64,000 nucleotides of DNA, taken from contig OZ241869.1 in assembly GCA_965202805.1 (NCBI GenBank), forward strand, positions 3,808,001 to 3,872,000, given 5' to 3'. Every line of letters starts with the position of its first letter. The first letter of the stretch is position 1. A program made the position numbers and the translations under genes. Below the pieces are notes generated by a model. It did not search any database and was not told the origin of the DNA. It worked only from the letters and a program-made list of their open reading frames with translations. Of this stretch, positions 1 to 9,594 are shown piece after piece. The DNA is from Longimicrobiales bacterium (GTDB taxonomy: Bacteria > Gemmatimonadota > Gemmatimonadetes > Longimicrobiales > Gaopeijiaceae).

Positions 1-2
1 AC

Positions 3-1814
3 AAGACTCTGGCGGCCCAGCTCTACGGGGAGCTGAAGGCGCTCTTCCCCGTCAATGCGGTCGAGTATTTCGTCTCCTACTACGACTATTACCAGCCGGA
101 AGCGTACGTCCCCTCCACGGACACCTACATCGAGAAGGACGCAAGCATCAACGAGGACATCGACCGGCTGCGTCTCCGGTCCACTTCCTCCCTGTTCGAG
201 CGGGACGACGTCATCGTGGTGGCGTCGGTTTCCTGCATCTACGGCCTCGGCAATCCGGCCGACTACCGTTCCCTCATGCTGGAAGTCCGCGTCGGAGAGG
301 TCGTGCCGCGCGACGAGCTGCTGCGGGCGTTGGTCGACATCCAATACAGCCGCAACGACTTCGCGTTCGAGCGCGGCACCTTCAGGGTCCGGGGCGACAC
401 CGTGGAGATTCTCCCCGCCTATGAGGAGCAGGGTATCCGCATCGAGCTGTGGGGGGACGAAATCGAGCGGATCACCCGTTTCGAGCCCCTCACGGGGGAT
501 GGCATCGTATCCCTGAACCGCACCGCCATCTATCCCGCCAGCCATTATGTCACGCACCGGCGCACCCTGGAGGAGGCGGTGCCCCTGATCCGCGACGAAC
601 TGGCCGATCAACTGCACCGCTTTCGCAGGGCGGGCAAGCTGCTGGAGGCGCAGCGGCTCGAATCCCGCACCAACTTCGACATCGAAATGATGCTCGAGGT
701 GGGCACCTGCCCCGGCATCGAGAACTACTCGCGCTTCATCAGCCGTCGCGAGGCGGGGGAACGGCCGTCCTGCCTCCTGGACTACTTCCCGGACCGTTTC
801 CTCACCATCGTCGACGAGTCGCACGTGTCCCTCCCGCAGATCCGCGGGATGTTCAACGGCGACAAGGCGCGCAAGGATACCCTGGTCGAGTTCGGCTTTC
901 GGCTGCCCAGCGCGCTCGACAATCGGCCGCTCCGGTACGACGAGTGGGAATCCGTTCTGGATCAGGCGATCTTCGTCTCGGCCACCCCCGGCGACATGGA
1001 ACTGGGGCTGTCACGGGGCGTCGTGGTGGAACAGATCATCCGCCCCACCGGGCTGGTCGACCCGGAGGTGGAGGTGCGTCCGGTGCGCGGCCAGGTCGAC
1101 GATCTGCTCGCCGAGATCCACGAGCGGGCCGCCCGCGGGGAACGCATCCTGGTCACCACCCTCACCAAGCGCATGGCGGAGGACCTCTCCGAGTACCTGC
1201 AGTCGCTGGGGGTGCGGGTCCGCTACATGCACTCGGAGATCAACACCATCGACCGTGTGGACATCCTGCGCGCCCTGCGGCTCGGCGCAATCGACGTGCT
1301 GGTGGGCATCAACCTGCTGCGCGAGGGTCTCGATCTGCCGGAGGTGTCCCTTGTCGCCATTCTCGACGCCGACAAGGAGGGATTCCTGCGCGATGCCCGT
1401 TCGCTGATCCAGACCATCGGCCGGGCCGCCCGCAACGTCCGCGGCACGGCGATCCTGTATGCCGACACCATCACCGAATCGATGGCGAGGTGCCTCGATG
1501 AGACCAATCGGCGACGCGAGATTCAGATGGCCTACAACAGGGAACATCGGATCACCCCGGAAACCATCGTGAAGAGCGTGGAGGAGATCGAGTTCAGCAC
1601 CCGCGTGGCGGATGCGCGCGAGAAGCCGGCCGCCCTGGTGGCCGAACCGCAGCCGGGCTATTCGGACGAAGTCAACCGCGAAGAATACGTGAAGATTCTG
1701 GAGGAGGAGATGAACCGGGCCTCGGACGCGCTCGAGTTCGAGCGGGCCGCGATGCTGCGGGACCGGTTGTTCGAACTCCGCGTGTCGCTCGAAGGCGAGG
1801 GCGCGAAGAGGTGA
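3..1814 (+). CDS. uvrB: Excinuclease ABC subunit B (5' end outside window)
   Basis: Frame open from position 3: [26 protein letters not shown]; later [32 protein letters not shown] and a C-terminal UVR motif ([12 protein letters not shown]). Confidence 0.98.
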   Translation, partial: KTLAAQLYGELKALFPVNAVEYFVSYYDYYQPEAYVPSTDTYIEKDASINEDIDRLRLRSTSSLFERDDVIVVASVSCIYGLGNPADYRSLMLEVRVGEVVPRDELLRALVDIQYSRNDFAFERGTFRVRGDTVEILPAYEEQGIRIELWGDEIERITRFEPLTGDGIVSLNRTAIYPASHYVTHRRTLEEAVPLIRDELADQLHRFRRAGKLLEAQRLESRTNFDIEMMLEVGTCPGIENYSRFISRREAGERPSCLLDYFPDRFLTIVDESHVSLPQIRGMFNGDKARKDTLVEFGFRLPSALDNRPLRYDEWESVLDQAIFVSATPGDMELGLSRGVVVEQIIRPTGLVDPEVEVRPVRGQVDDLLAEIHERAARGERILVTTLTKRMAEDLSEYLQSLGVRVRYMHSEINTIDRVDILRALRLGAIDVLVGINLLREGLDLPEVSLVAILDADKEGFLRDARSLIQTIGRAARNVRGTAILYADTITESMARCLDETNRRREIQMAYNREHRITPETIVKSVEEIEFSTRVADAREKPAALVAEPQPGYSDEVNREEYVKILEEEMNRASDALEFERAAMLRDRLFELRVSLEGEGAKR

Positions 1815-2305
1815 ACGCGATGCCCCCCGACACCGCGGGAGTCCCGGTGGCCGAGCCGCAGATGGTGCTGAGCGAGGAGGAGTTGGCGCGTTGGGGGAAG
1901 CGCATCGGGTCCTCGGTCAGGCCTCCGGTGTTTCTCATGCTGCGCGGACCGGTGGGCGCCGGGAAGTCGGTCCTTGCAAGGGCGGTCGCCCGGGGAGCCG
2001 GGGTGCGCGGGGCCGTGCCCTCGCCGACCTTCAACCTGGTCTTCCGTTATCCGGGCGTGAGGGGACGAACCATCGTGCACATGGATCTGTATCGTCTGAA
2101 CGACGAGTCCGAACTCGCGGAACTGGGCTGGTTCGAGCTGGGCGGCAGGGGTGAGATCGTGATCGTCGAATGGCCCGAGAGAGCGCGCGCCGTTCTTCCC
2201 GGGGACCGCTGGGAGATCTCCCTGAACGCGCCTGCACCCGGCGCCACCGTGCGCGCGGTGGAGGTCCTGCGCAGGGGAAACCCGCCCGGGTTGCCGAATC
2301 GATGA
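1811..2305 (+). CDS. tsaE: tRNA t6A biosynthesis ATPase TsaE
   Basis: GPVGAGKS P-loop, SPTFNL, HMDLYRL, IVEWPER; GTGA overlap with uvrB. Confidence 0.95.
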   Translation: MNAMPPDTAGVPVAEPQMVLSEEELARWGKRIGSSVRPPVFLMLRGPVGAGKSVLARAVARGAGVRGAVPSPTFNLVFRYPGVRGRTIVHMDLYRLNDESELAELGWFELGGRGEIVIVEWPERARAVLPGDRWEISLNAPAPGATVRAVEVLRRGNPPGLPNR

Positions 2306-3063
2306 ACGAACGCAGCCGCATGATTCTCGCCTTCGACACCTCGTCGCGCCTGGGGTCGGTCATCGTGACCGCGAACGGCACGGTGCTCGCGCGCGCCTTC
2401 CTGCGCAGTCCGCGCCGGCACGCCGCCCGCCTGTTGCCCGCCATTCGGGGCGTGCTCGTGGCCTCGGGCGCCCAGCTGGGTGATCTGGCGGCCATCGTCG
2501 TGGGAAGTGGCCCGGGGTCCTTTACCGGCGTGCGCGTGGCGGCGGCGACCGCCAAGGGGCTGACGGAGGGATGCGGTGTGCCGATATGGAGCTACTCCAG
2601 CCTGGCGGCCGCCGCGGCTTCGGAAGGGGTGTGGCTGCCCGCCGGCTGGTCCGGACCGGCCGGATGGCGCAAGGGACAGGAGGACCGGGCGGTGGAGCCT
2701 CCCGAGCCCGGCACTCCCTGCTACGTCCTCTTCGACGCGCGCGGCGACCGGGTGTACGCGGGCTGCTTCCGGGTGGGCCCCGCCTCCGTCGATGTCCTGG
2801 TCCCTCCGACCGCCACGCGCCTGGGCGAAGTGTTGTCCTCGTCCGTCCCGGAAGGCGCGGTCTTCACGGGCGACGGCGCATTTCGCCACGCGGCGGCGAT
2901 CGGGCGGCGCGGCTGGCGTGTTGTCCCGCCCCCGGTCGGACTGCCCACCGCCGAAGGGCTCGCCCGCCTCTTCACGCTCATGCCCGGGCCACCCGTGGAA
3001 GACGCGCGCGCGTGGGAGCCGGAGTACCTGCGTCCCTGGAGAGCCGGCGGTGCCGGACCGTGA
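2302..3063 (+). CDS. tsaB: tRNA t6A biosynthesis protein TsaB
   Basis: ILAFDTS, GSGPGSFTGVRV, DARGDRVY, EPEYLR; ATGA overlap with tsaE sets the start at 2302. Confidence 0.93.
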   Translation: MNERSRMILAFDTSSRLGSVIVTANGTVLARAFLRSPRRHAARLLPAIRGVLVASGAQLGDLAAIVVGSGPGSFTGVRVAAATAKGLTEGCGVPIWSYSSLAAAAASEGVWLPAGWSGPAGWRKGQEDRAVEPPEPGTPCYVLFDARGDRVYAGCFRVGPASVDVLVPPTATRLGEVLSSSVPEGAVFTGDGAFRHAAAIGRRGWRVVPPPVGLPTAEGLARLFTLMPGPPVEDARAWEPEYLRPWRAGGAGP

Positions 3064-3192
3064 TCGCCGGGCCCGGACACGCCAGGATCCCGCGGAGCGA
3101 GCGGGGGTAGTGTGTCCCGGATTTCGCCAACGCCCGGGCCGCTGTCCATTCCCGGCCCCCGTCACCCTGAAGAGCCGGAGGACTGAACCTCA

Positions 3193-3915
3193 ATGACCGT
3201 GGTCGGGATCCTTGCGCTGCAGAGCCGCCCCCCGGCAACCTTGCTGGACATGGTCGTCGGGGCGAGCGCGCCCACCCTTGTGGTGCTGGCCGTGCTCGGG
3301 GTGTTTTCCCTGGCGAGCTGGTACGTGATCGGCTGGAAGTACCTCCAGTTTCGTCAGGTGCGGACCCAGGGAAACCACTTCCTGGACGCGGTGTCCAATG
3401 CGCGGGGGCTCGAGGAGGCCTATACCGCGATCCTGGCCCTTCCGGAATCCCCCTACGGCCGTCTCTTCCGACACGGGGTGAACTTCTTCAGCGAGTTGCG
3501 GCCGGGGGCGCTGCGCGAAGGCGTGCCCGCAAGGGAGGGATTGACCCAGGTCGAGCTGGAGACGCTTCGGATGGTGCTGCAGAAGGAGGAATCCGACGAG
3601 CGCGACGACCTTGCCCACGGCCTCACCTGGCTCGCGGTCATCGGCTCCATCTCGCCCCTGCTGGGACTGATGGGAACCGTGATCGGCATCATGAACACCT
3701 TCCGGGGGATCACCGCGAGCGGCTCGGCGAACATCGCCGCCGTGGCCCCGGGGGTGGCGGAGGCGCTGGTGACCACCGTTACCGGGCTCTTCGTCGCCAT
3801 CCCCGCGGTCATCGCCTACAACTACTATGTTTCGCGGTTGAACCTGGTCACGGGCGAGCTTGAGGGGTTCTCCAGCGAGTTCATCGGGACGCTCGCCCGG
3901 GAGGGCCACGTTTGA
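3193..3915 (+). CDS. tolQ: TolQ/ExbB/MotA proton channel protein
   Basis: SPLLGLMGTVIGIM, VAPGVAEALVTT..GLFVAIPA; first gene of the tol-pal cluster. Confidence 0.92.
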   Translation: MTVVGILALQSRPPATLLDMVVGASAPTLVVLAVLGVFSLASWYVIGWKYLQFRQVRTQGNHFLDAVSNARGLEEAYTAILALPESPYGRLFRHGVNFFSELRPGALREGVPAREGLTQVELETLRMVLQKEESDERDDLAHGLTWLAVIGSISPLLGLMGTVIGIMNTFRGITASGSANIAAVAPGVAEALVTTVTGLFVAIPAVIAYNYYVSRLNLVTGELEGFSSEFIGTLAREGHV

Positions 3916-4349
3916 GCCACGACAGCCGGGCCCGGGGACGCCGCGAGGATCTGCCGCTGCGCGCGGAGATCAACGTGACCTCCCTCGTGGATGTCGCCTT
4001 CACGCTGCTGGTGATCTTCATCATCACGGCCCCCATCCTGCAGGGGGGCATCGAGGTGGGCGTGCCGCGCGCCGACGTGGCTCCCCTGACCGCGGACGAG
4101 GAGCCCCTGATCCTCGACGTTCTCGCCAACGGGGAGATCCGGCTCTCCGAGACGGTCGTGCCCTACGAGAACCTCGAGGGCGTGCTTGCCCAGGCGGTGA
4201 ACGCGCGGAACGTGGGGCAGATCTACATTCGGGGTGACTCCCTTGCGTACCATGGCGATATGGTGCGGGTGTTCGCGAAGGTCCAGGACCTGGCGCGACA
4301 GGAGGGAATCGGCTTCGCGATCGTGGCCGAGCCCGACGCGAGCCGATAG
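3912..4349 (+). CDS. tolR: TolR/ExbD protein
   Basis: EINVTSLVDVAFTLLVIFII motif, IRGD. Confidence 0.92.
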   Translation: MSHDSRARGRREDLPLRAEINVTSLVDVAFTLLVIFIITAPILQGGIEVGVPRADVAPLTADEEPLILDVLANGEIRLSETVVPYENLEGVLAQAVNARNVGQIYIRGDSLAYHGDMVRVFAKVQDLARQEGIGFAIVAEPDASR

Positions 4350-4357
4350 CACGGGGA

Positions 4358-5119
4358 GTGGCGGTGGGCCGAAGCGCGCGAAGGCGAAGGGGCGGACCGG
4401 GTCGATCCCCGGTCTTCTTCTCGGTTGGCCTCCATGGCTTCTTCCTGATGCTGGTCGTGGCGACCAACATGCCGCCCGAGCCGGTACAGCTCGTGACCAT
4501 TCAGCTGGAACTGGTCGCCATGCCCGCGCCCGCTGCCGAGGTCGAACCCGCCCCGGCTCCCGAGGAGGAGGAGCTCACCGTCGACACCCCCGAGCCCGAG
4601 CCGCTTCCGGAGGAGGAAACGGCAGCGGTACTGGAAGACGAACCCGAGCCCGAGCCCGAACCGCGCCCCGACGCCCCCGACCCGGAACCGGAGATTCGGC
4701 CGGTGGAGGATGAAGCGGAGCCGGCTCCCCTGGACGAACCCAACACCGGCACGGACGATCTGGATGTCCGCATGAGGGGCGTGGAACGGGATTTTCCACA
4801 GTACTACGCCAACATGCAGCGGCAGATGCGGCGCTGCTTCCGTCCGCCGGGGAGAGCCGATCTGACCGCTTCGGTGGACTTCGTGCTCGACCGGGAGGGC
4901 AGGGTGATCGACACGACGGTGCGCATTTCCGAGACATCGGGGAGCGTCGTCTTCAATCTGGCCGTCCAGGAGGCCGTCGAATGCGCCGGAGGTGGACGCT
5001 TTGGTCCGCTGCCGCCGGAGATGGGGCTTGAACACGCGCCGTTCCGGTTCACGTTCAGCCCGGCGCGCCGCCGGCCGCCGGCATCACCGGACCGTCAAGA
5101 GTCGGCTCCGGTAAATTAG
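4358..5119 (+). CDS. TolA/TonB-like energy transducer (TM, Glu/Pro-rich linker, C-terminal domain)
   Basis: TM with SxxxH (SVGLH), EPEPEP linker, TonB_C-like end (F..DREG.V..SG..FN.AV..AV); lies between tolR and tolB. Confidence 0.8.
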   Translation: MAVGRSARRRRGGPGRSPVFFSVGLHGFFLMLVVATNMPPEPVQLVTIQLELVAMPAPAAEVEPAPAPEEEELTVDTPEPEPLPEEETAAVLEDEPEPEPEPRPDAPDPEPEIRPVEDEAEPAPLDEPNTGTDDLDVRMRGVERDFPQYYANMQRQMRRCFRPPGRADLTASVDFVLDREGRVIDTTVRISETSGSVVFNLAVQEAVECAGGGRFGPLPPEMGLEHAPFRFTFSPARRRPPASPDRQESAPVN

Positions 5120-5132
5120 AGAGGAGCGCCAT

Positions 5133-6563
5133 ATGAGGACCGCCTTCCGGACTGCAAGCGACATCCTGCGCCGTGCCCCGGCCAGGGCCGGGCAGGCCCT
5201 GCGAGGAAGCACGGTGCTCCTGGCGCTCGCGCTGGCGACCAGCGCCGGCCAGGCGGCTGCCCAGGTCGACACCATCCCGGGAACGGTTCGCCACCTGGGG
5301 GTGGTCTACGAGAGCTATGTGCCCACCCTGGCGATCAGCCCCTTCACGGGCCGCTTCGGCGGTCTGACGGTCGCGCCCCGGGTCGAAGCCGTGATCGCCC
5401 GCGACCTGCGCTACAGCGACCGGTTCGAGATGATGGACTCGATTCCGCTCGCGCCCGGCGGCGGAGCGGTGGACTACGGCCTGTGGGACCAGTTCGGCGC
5501 CGACTGGCTCGTGACCGGACAGGTCGAGGGGCTGGGCAACCGCTTCGTGCTGGTCCTGGAACTTCACGACGTCGTCTTCTCGGAAGTCAGGGAACGGGCT
5601 CGCTTTTCGCTTCCGCGCCCCGACGCGGAGGACTTCCGCATGGCGATCCACGCGATCTCCGACGATGTCGTCCGATGGATTACCGGCGAGCCCGGGATGG
5701 CCGCCAGCCGGATCTGCTTTTCCATGGAATCGGCCTCCGGTTCCCAGGAACTCTACGTGGTCGACTCGGACGGCGAGAACCTGCGGCGGCTCACCAGCTT
5801 CAACTCCCTCACCATGTCCTGTTCGTGGTCCCCGGACGGCTCCCGCCTGGCCTTTCTGTCGTTCGCAAGCGGGGATCCGGCCATCCACGAGATGGAACTG
5901 GCCACGAGGCAGACACGGGTCATCGAGTTCAATCGCACCGGGCAGCCCATGACGCCGGTGTATCACCCGAACGGGGAGGAGATTCTCTTTTCCCTGGCAG
6001 ACGGCGCCGAGAGCGGTCTCTTTTCCTGGCGCGTCCGGGAGAACTGCTGCCTCTGGCGCCTCACCGGGGGGCGCTGGAACGATCTGTCGCCCTCGTTTTC
6101 GCCGGACGGCAGGCGCCTGGCCTTCAACTCCAATCGGCTGGGCCTCGCGATCCCGCAGATCTACGTGATGCCGGCCGAGGCCGGCGGCCGCCCGGATCTG
6201 GTATCCCCCTACCTCTACGGGCAGGGCGGCTACTATACCTCGCCGGACTGGGCCCCCTCCGGCGACCGGGTCGCGTTCCACGGCCGTTATCGCCGGGGCA
6301 GCTACCACATCCTCATCGCCGATGTGGCGGCACAGGGACAACGGCTGCTGCAGCTCACCTACGAGGGCAACAACGAGGATCCCAGCTGGGCGCCCGACGG
6401 CCGGCACCTGGTCTTCGTCGGAGAACGGGACTGGGGATTCGGGCTCTTCGTCGTAGACACCGTCAGCGGCAGGATCCGTCCCGTGCTCGCGGGCGTGAGG
6501 CCGCGCGTGCCCGACTGGTCGCCCAGTCTGGCTTCCAGCCAGCCCCCGACCCGGGAGAACTGA
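5133..6563 (+). CDS. tolB: Tol-Pal beta-propeller protein TolB
   Basis: N-terminal TolB domain (DLRYSDRF) and PD40 repeats (WSPDG, FSPDG, WAPSG, WAPDG). Confidence 0.93.
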   Translation: MRTAFRTASDILRRAPARAGQALRGSTVLLALALATSAGQAAAQVDTIPGTVRHLGVVYESYVPTLAISPFTGRFGGLTVAPRVEAVIARDLRYSDRFEMMDSIPLAPGGGAVDYGLWDQFGADWLVTGQVEGLGNRFVLVLELHDVVFSEVRERARFSLPRPDAEDFRMAIHAISDDVVRWITGEPGMAASRICFSMESASGSQELYVVDSDGENLRRLTSFNSLTMSCSWSPDGSRLAFLSFASGDPAIHEMELATRQTRVIEFNRTGQPMTPVYHPNGEEILFSLADGAESGLFSWRVRENCCLWRLTGGRWNDLSPSFSPDGRRLAFNSNRLGLAIPQIYVMPAEAGGRPDLVSPYLYGQGGYYTSPDWAPSGDRVAFHGRYRRGSYHILIADVAAQGQRLLQLTYEGNNEDPSWAPDGRHLVFVGERDWGFGLFVVDTVSGRIRPVLAGVRPRVPDWSPSLASSQPPTREN

Positions 6564-6694
6564 GCCGGCGATCCGCCATGCGTGAGCAGGCCCCCCCGGG
6601 GATGTTGCGCGCGGGCGTCCGATTTCGTAGGTATATGGCTAATTCGGGCGCATGCTTGGTACTCGACACCGACCCCCATATTCCAGGAGTAGCG

Positions 6695-7279
6695 ATGTTG
6701 CACCGCAGTCTCATCATATCCGTCGTCGCGGCCGGACTTTTCGTCGCCTCGTGCGGACAGGAGGAGATTCCTCCTCCCCCACCGCCGCCCGTCGAGGAAG
6801 GCCCGAACCAGGATTCGATCGACGCGGCTCGCAGAGCGGCGGAAGAGGCGGCCCGCAGGGCGGCCGAAGAGGAGGCTCGCCGTGCCGCCGCGCTTGAAGC
6901 CGCGCGCGAGGCCCTCACCGCGATGGTCTTCTTCGACTTCGACATGGCGGAGATTCGCAGCGACGCCGAAGGCGTGCTCCAGCGCAAGCTCCGCGTACTG
7001 CGCGCGAGCCCCGCGGTCCAGCTTCGCATCGAGGGACACGCGGACGAGCGCGGATCCTCGGAGTACAATCTGGCCCTGGGCAGCCGGCGCGCCGAAGCGG
7101 TGCGCCAGTTCTTCGTCAATGCCGGGCTCGCCGAATCCCGCTTCGACGTTCGTTCCTACGGCGAAGAACAGCCCCGCGAGATGGGCAGCAACGAAGAGTC
7201 CTGGGCGCAGAACCGGCGCGACGAGTTCGTGATCACGGCCGGAGGCAATCAGATCCAGGTTCCGGGCGGCGACCGGTAG
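6695..7279 (+). CDS. pal: Peptidoglycan-associated lipoprotein Pal
   Basis: AGGAG RBS, lipobox FVASC, OmpA-like domain FFDFD..IEGHADERGSSEYNLALG..SYGEE..NRR; the ORF-track 5' extension from 5483 is spurious. Confidence 0.95.
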   Translation: MLHRSLIISVVAAGLFVASCGQEEIPPPPPPPVEEGPNQDSIDAARRAAEEAARRAAEEEARRAAALEAAREALTAMVFFDFDMAEIRSDAEGVLQRKLRVLRASPAVQLRIEGHADERGSSEYNLALGSRRAEAVRQFFVNAGLAESRFDVRSYGEEQPREMGSNEESWAQNRRDEFVITAGGNQIQVPGGDR

Positions 7280-7311
7280 TCGCCCCACCCGGAATCGGCC
7301 TGGCCGGGTAC

Positions 7312-8085
7312 GTGCGTCGGGATACGACCGCCGTGCCGCGACATGTCTTCCTGATCGCCCTGATCGGGGTGCTGGCGGGTGCGGGGTGCGCCACCAAGGG
7401 GGACATCCGCGTTCTGCAGGAGGAGGTGGGCGCGCTCGCCGACCGCCAGGCGAGGGAACTGGCGGGGTTCGAGTCGCTGGTTCGTGCCAGCCAGGACACC
7501 CTTTCAGGCCAGACCGGTCTCTATCTGGAGTTGCGCCGCGAGGTGCTGCAGCGGCTCGATGAACTCCTCCAGCAGATGCTGATCCTCGTCGAGGTCGAGG
7601 GCCAGAGCCAGCGAGCCCTGGCCTCCCTGCGCGACCAGGTCGAAATGATGCAGCGGGCCCCGGTCGTCGTTCAGGACTCGGCCGACGTCGGGCTTCCGTT
7701 GGAGGATGTCGAAGGGCCCGACGCGCATTTCGAGGCGGCCCTGCTGATGTACAACCGGGGCTCGAACGTCACGGCGCGCCGCGCTTTCGACGAGTTCCTC
7801 GCCACCTACCCGAATCACGAACTCGCCGGGGACGCGACCTTCTTCCTTTCCGACCTCGACCTGCAGGAGGAACGCCTCGAGGACGCGATCGAGGGGTTCA
7901 TGCGCGTACCCATGATGTACCCGGACTCCCCGAGGGTTCCGGAGGCGCTCTACCGTGCCGCGCTTCTCCACGACGAGCTCGGAGACACCGAAGAGGCGCG
8001 CAACCTGCTTGAACGGGTGATCGGCGGGTTCCCGGACTCCAACGTCGCGGAACTCGCGCAGCAGAAACTTCAGGAAATCCCCTAG
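7312..8085 (+). CDS. cpoB: Tol-Pal system protein CpoB/YbgF (coiled coil plus TPR), lipobox-like AGC
   Basis: Follows pal; coiled coil, then TPRs (F..FLATYP, YPDSPRVPEALY, FPDS). Confidence 0.85.
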   Translation: MRRDTTAVPRHVFLIALIGVLAGAGCATKGDIRVLQEEVGALADRQARELAGFESLVRASQDTLSGQTGLYLELRREVLQRLDELLQQMLILVEVEGQSQRALASLRDQVEMMQRAPVVVQDSADVGLPLEDVEGPDAHFEAALLMYNRGSNVTARRAFDEFLATYPNHELAGDATFFLSDLDLQEERLEDAIEGFMRVPMMYPDSPRVPEALYRAALLHDELGDTEEARNLLERVIGGFPDSNVAELAQQKLQEIP

Positions 8086-8182
8086 ACGGGTCCGGGGAGC
8101 GGCCGGTCACCGGCGGGCCGCGAGATGGCTGTCGGGTCGACCGGCGCTGCCCGCCAGCGGAGTTCCCTCCGGGAGGTGCGGG

Positions 8183-8680
8183 ATGCGGTGTCCTCACTGT
8201 GGCAGCCGCGAGAATCACGTGGTCGATACGCGCTCGACCGGGCAGGGACAGGCTGTTCGCCGCCGCCGGGAATGCAAGGAGTGCGGTGGCCGATTCACGA
8301 CCTACGAGTACATCCAGGAGCGGCCCCTGAGGGTCCTTAAGACCCGTGGCGACTCCGAGGACTTCGAACGCGCGAAACTCGTGCGCAGCATTCAGGTGGC
8401 CTGTGCCAAGCGCCCCGTTTCCCCTTCCACCATCGACGCCATCGCCGGGAACATCCAGTACACGCTCACCGTGGAAGGGGGCGGTGAGGTCCGGAGTTCG
8501 CGCATCGGCGAGATGGTGATGGAAGCGCTCAAGCCGCTGGACCGGGTTGCCTACGTCCGCTTCGCGTCCGTCTACAGGAACTTCCAGGATATCCAAGAGT
8601 TCCAAGAGATGATCGCGGACCTGAACCTCCGGCGGGAACGCAGCCTTCGGGCCAGGGACCAGGTCGAGCTTCCGATCTGA
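8183..8680 (+). CDS. nrdR: Transcriptional repressor NrdR
   Basis: Zn ribbon CPHC..RRRRECKEC..RFTTYE, ATP cone, VAYVRFASVYRNF. Confidence 0.98.
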   Translation: MRCPHCGSRENHVVDTRSTGQGQAVRRRRECKECGGRFTTYEYIQERPLRVLKTRGDSEDFERAKLVRSIQVACAKRPVSPSTIDAIAGNIQYTLTVEGGGEVRSSRIGEMVMEALKPLDRVAYVRFASVYRNFQDIQEFQEMIADLNLRRERSLRARDQVELPI

Positions 8681-8790
8681 CGCGCGCGCGGAACGTCGGC
8701 GGAGGCCGGCTGCCGGTGCCATTCCGCCGCCGCCGAGTCATTATCTTTCCGCGATCATCGGTCGGGCCGTAACCCGCGGAGTGTCATCGC

Positions 8791-9591
8791 ATGCCCAGCA
8801 AAACCCCGAACCCTGCCGGAGAGATGCCCTTTCTCGACCACCTCGAGGAGCTTCGCTGGCGTATCCTGTGGAGCCTGCTGGCGATTGCGATCGGTGCCGT
8901 GGTCGGGTTCATGCTCGTCCACTACGGCGGCGCCCTGGACATACTTCTCCAGCCCTACCAGGCGCAGTTCGGCGAGGACCAGATGCTCATCAATCTGAGA
9001 CCTACGGACGCCTTCTTCATCACGATCAAGTTCGGAATCCTGGTGGGGGTCATCCTCGTCTTCCCGATCGTCGTCTATCACCTCTGGTCTTTCCTGTCGC
9101 CGGCGCTCAAGAAGCAGGAGAAGCGTGTCATCGTGCCGTCCCTCTACATGGGGCTCGTGCTCTTCATCCTCGGCGTCCTGATGGCCTACTACATCGCCCT
9201 GCCGATCAGCTTGGAGTTTCTCACGGGATTCCAGTCGGACATCATGGTTCCCGCCTACACCGCACAATACTACTTCGGGTTTACCATTCAGCTCCTGGTC
9301 GCGTTCGGCGTCATCTTCGAACTGCCGGTCGTGGTCATGATCCTGAGTGTGCTGGGCTTGGTGACTCCCGCGTTCCTGCGCAACAAGCGTAGACACGCCA
9401 TCCTGCTGATCACCATCCTCGCGGCGCTCATCTCCCCGGGCGACGTCATCATGGTGACCGTGCTCATGATGGTGCCGCTCATTATCCTGTACGAGTTCTC
9501 GATCCTGCTCTCGGTCATGATCTACCGGAAGCGGGAGGAGAGGATCGCAGCCGCGGCCGACCCGCCGCCGGACTCCGTTCAGGCGGGGTAG
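8791..9591 (+). CDS. tatC: Twin-arginine translocase subunit TatC
   Basis: EMPFLDHLEELRWR, FELPVV, ISPGD, LYEFSI; multiple TM helices. Confidence 0.97.
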   Translation: MPSKTPNPAGEMPFLDHLEELRWRILWSLLAIAIGAVVGFMLVHYGGALDILLQPYQAQFGEDQMLINLRPTDAFFITIKFGILVGVILVFPIVVYHLWSFLSPALKKQEKRVIVPSLYMGLVLFILGVLMAYYIALPISLEFLTGFQSDIMVPAYTAQYYFGFTIQLLVAFGVIFELPVVVMILSVLGLVTPAFLRNKRRHAILLITILAALISPGDVIMVTVLMMVPLIILYEFSILLSVMIYRKREERIAAAADPPPDSVQAG

Positions 9592-9594
9592 GCC

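Noticed and set aside
3064..3192. Possible riboswitch upstream of tolQ (GGACAC/GTGTCC stem)
   Set aside because: No conserved cobalamin, TPP, SAM or FMN motifs recognised.
5483..6694. Apparent long N-terminal extension of Pal
   Set aside because: Off-frame overlap with tolB; the SD, signal peptide and lipobox define the start at 6695.
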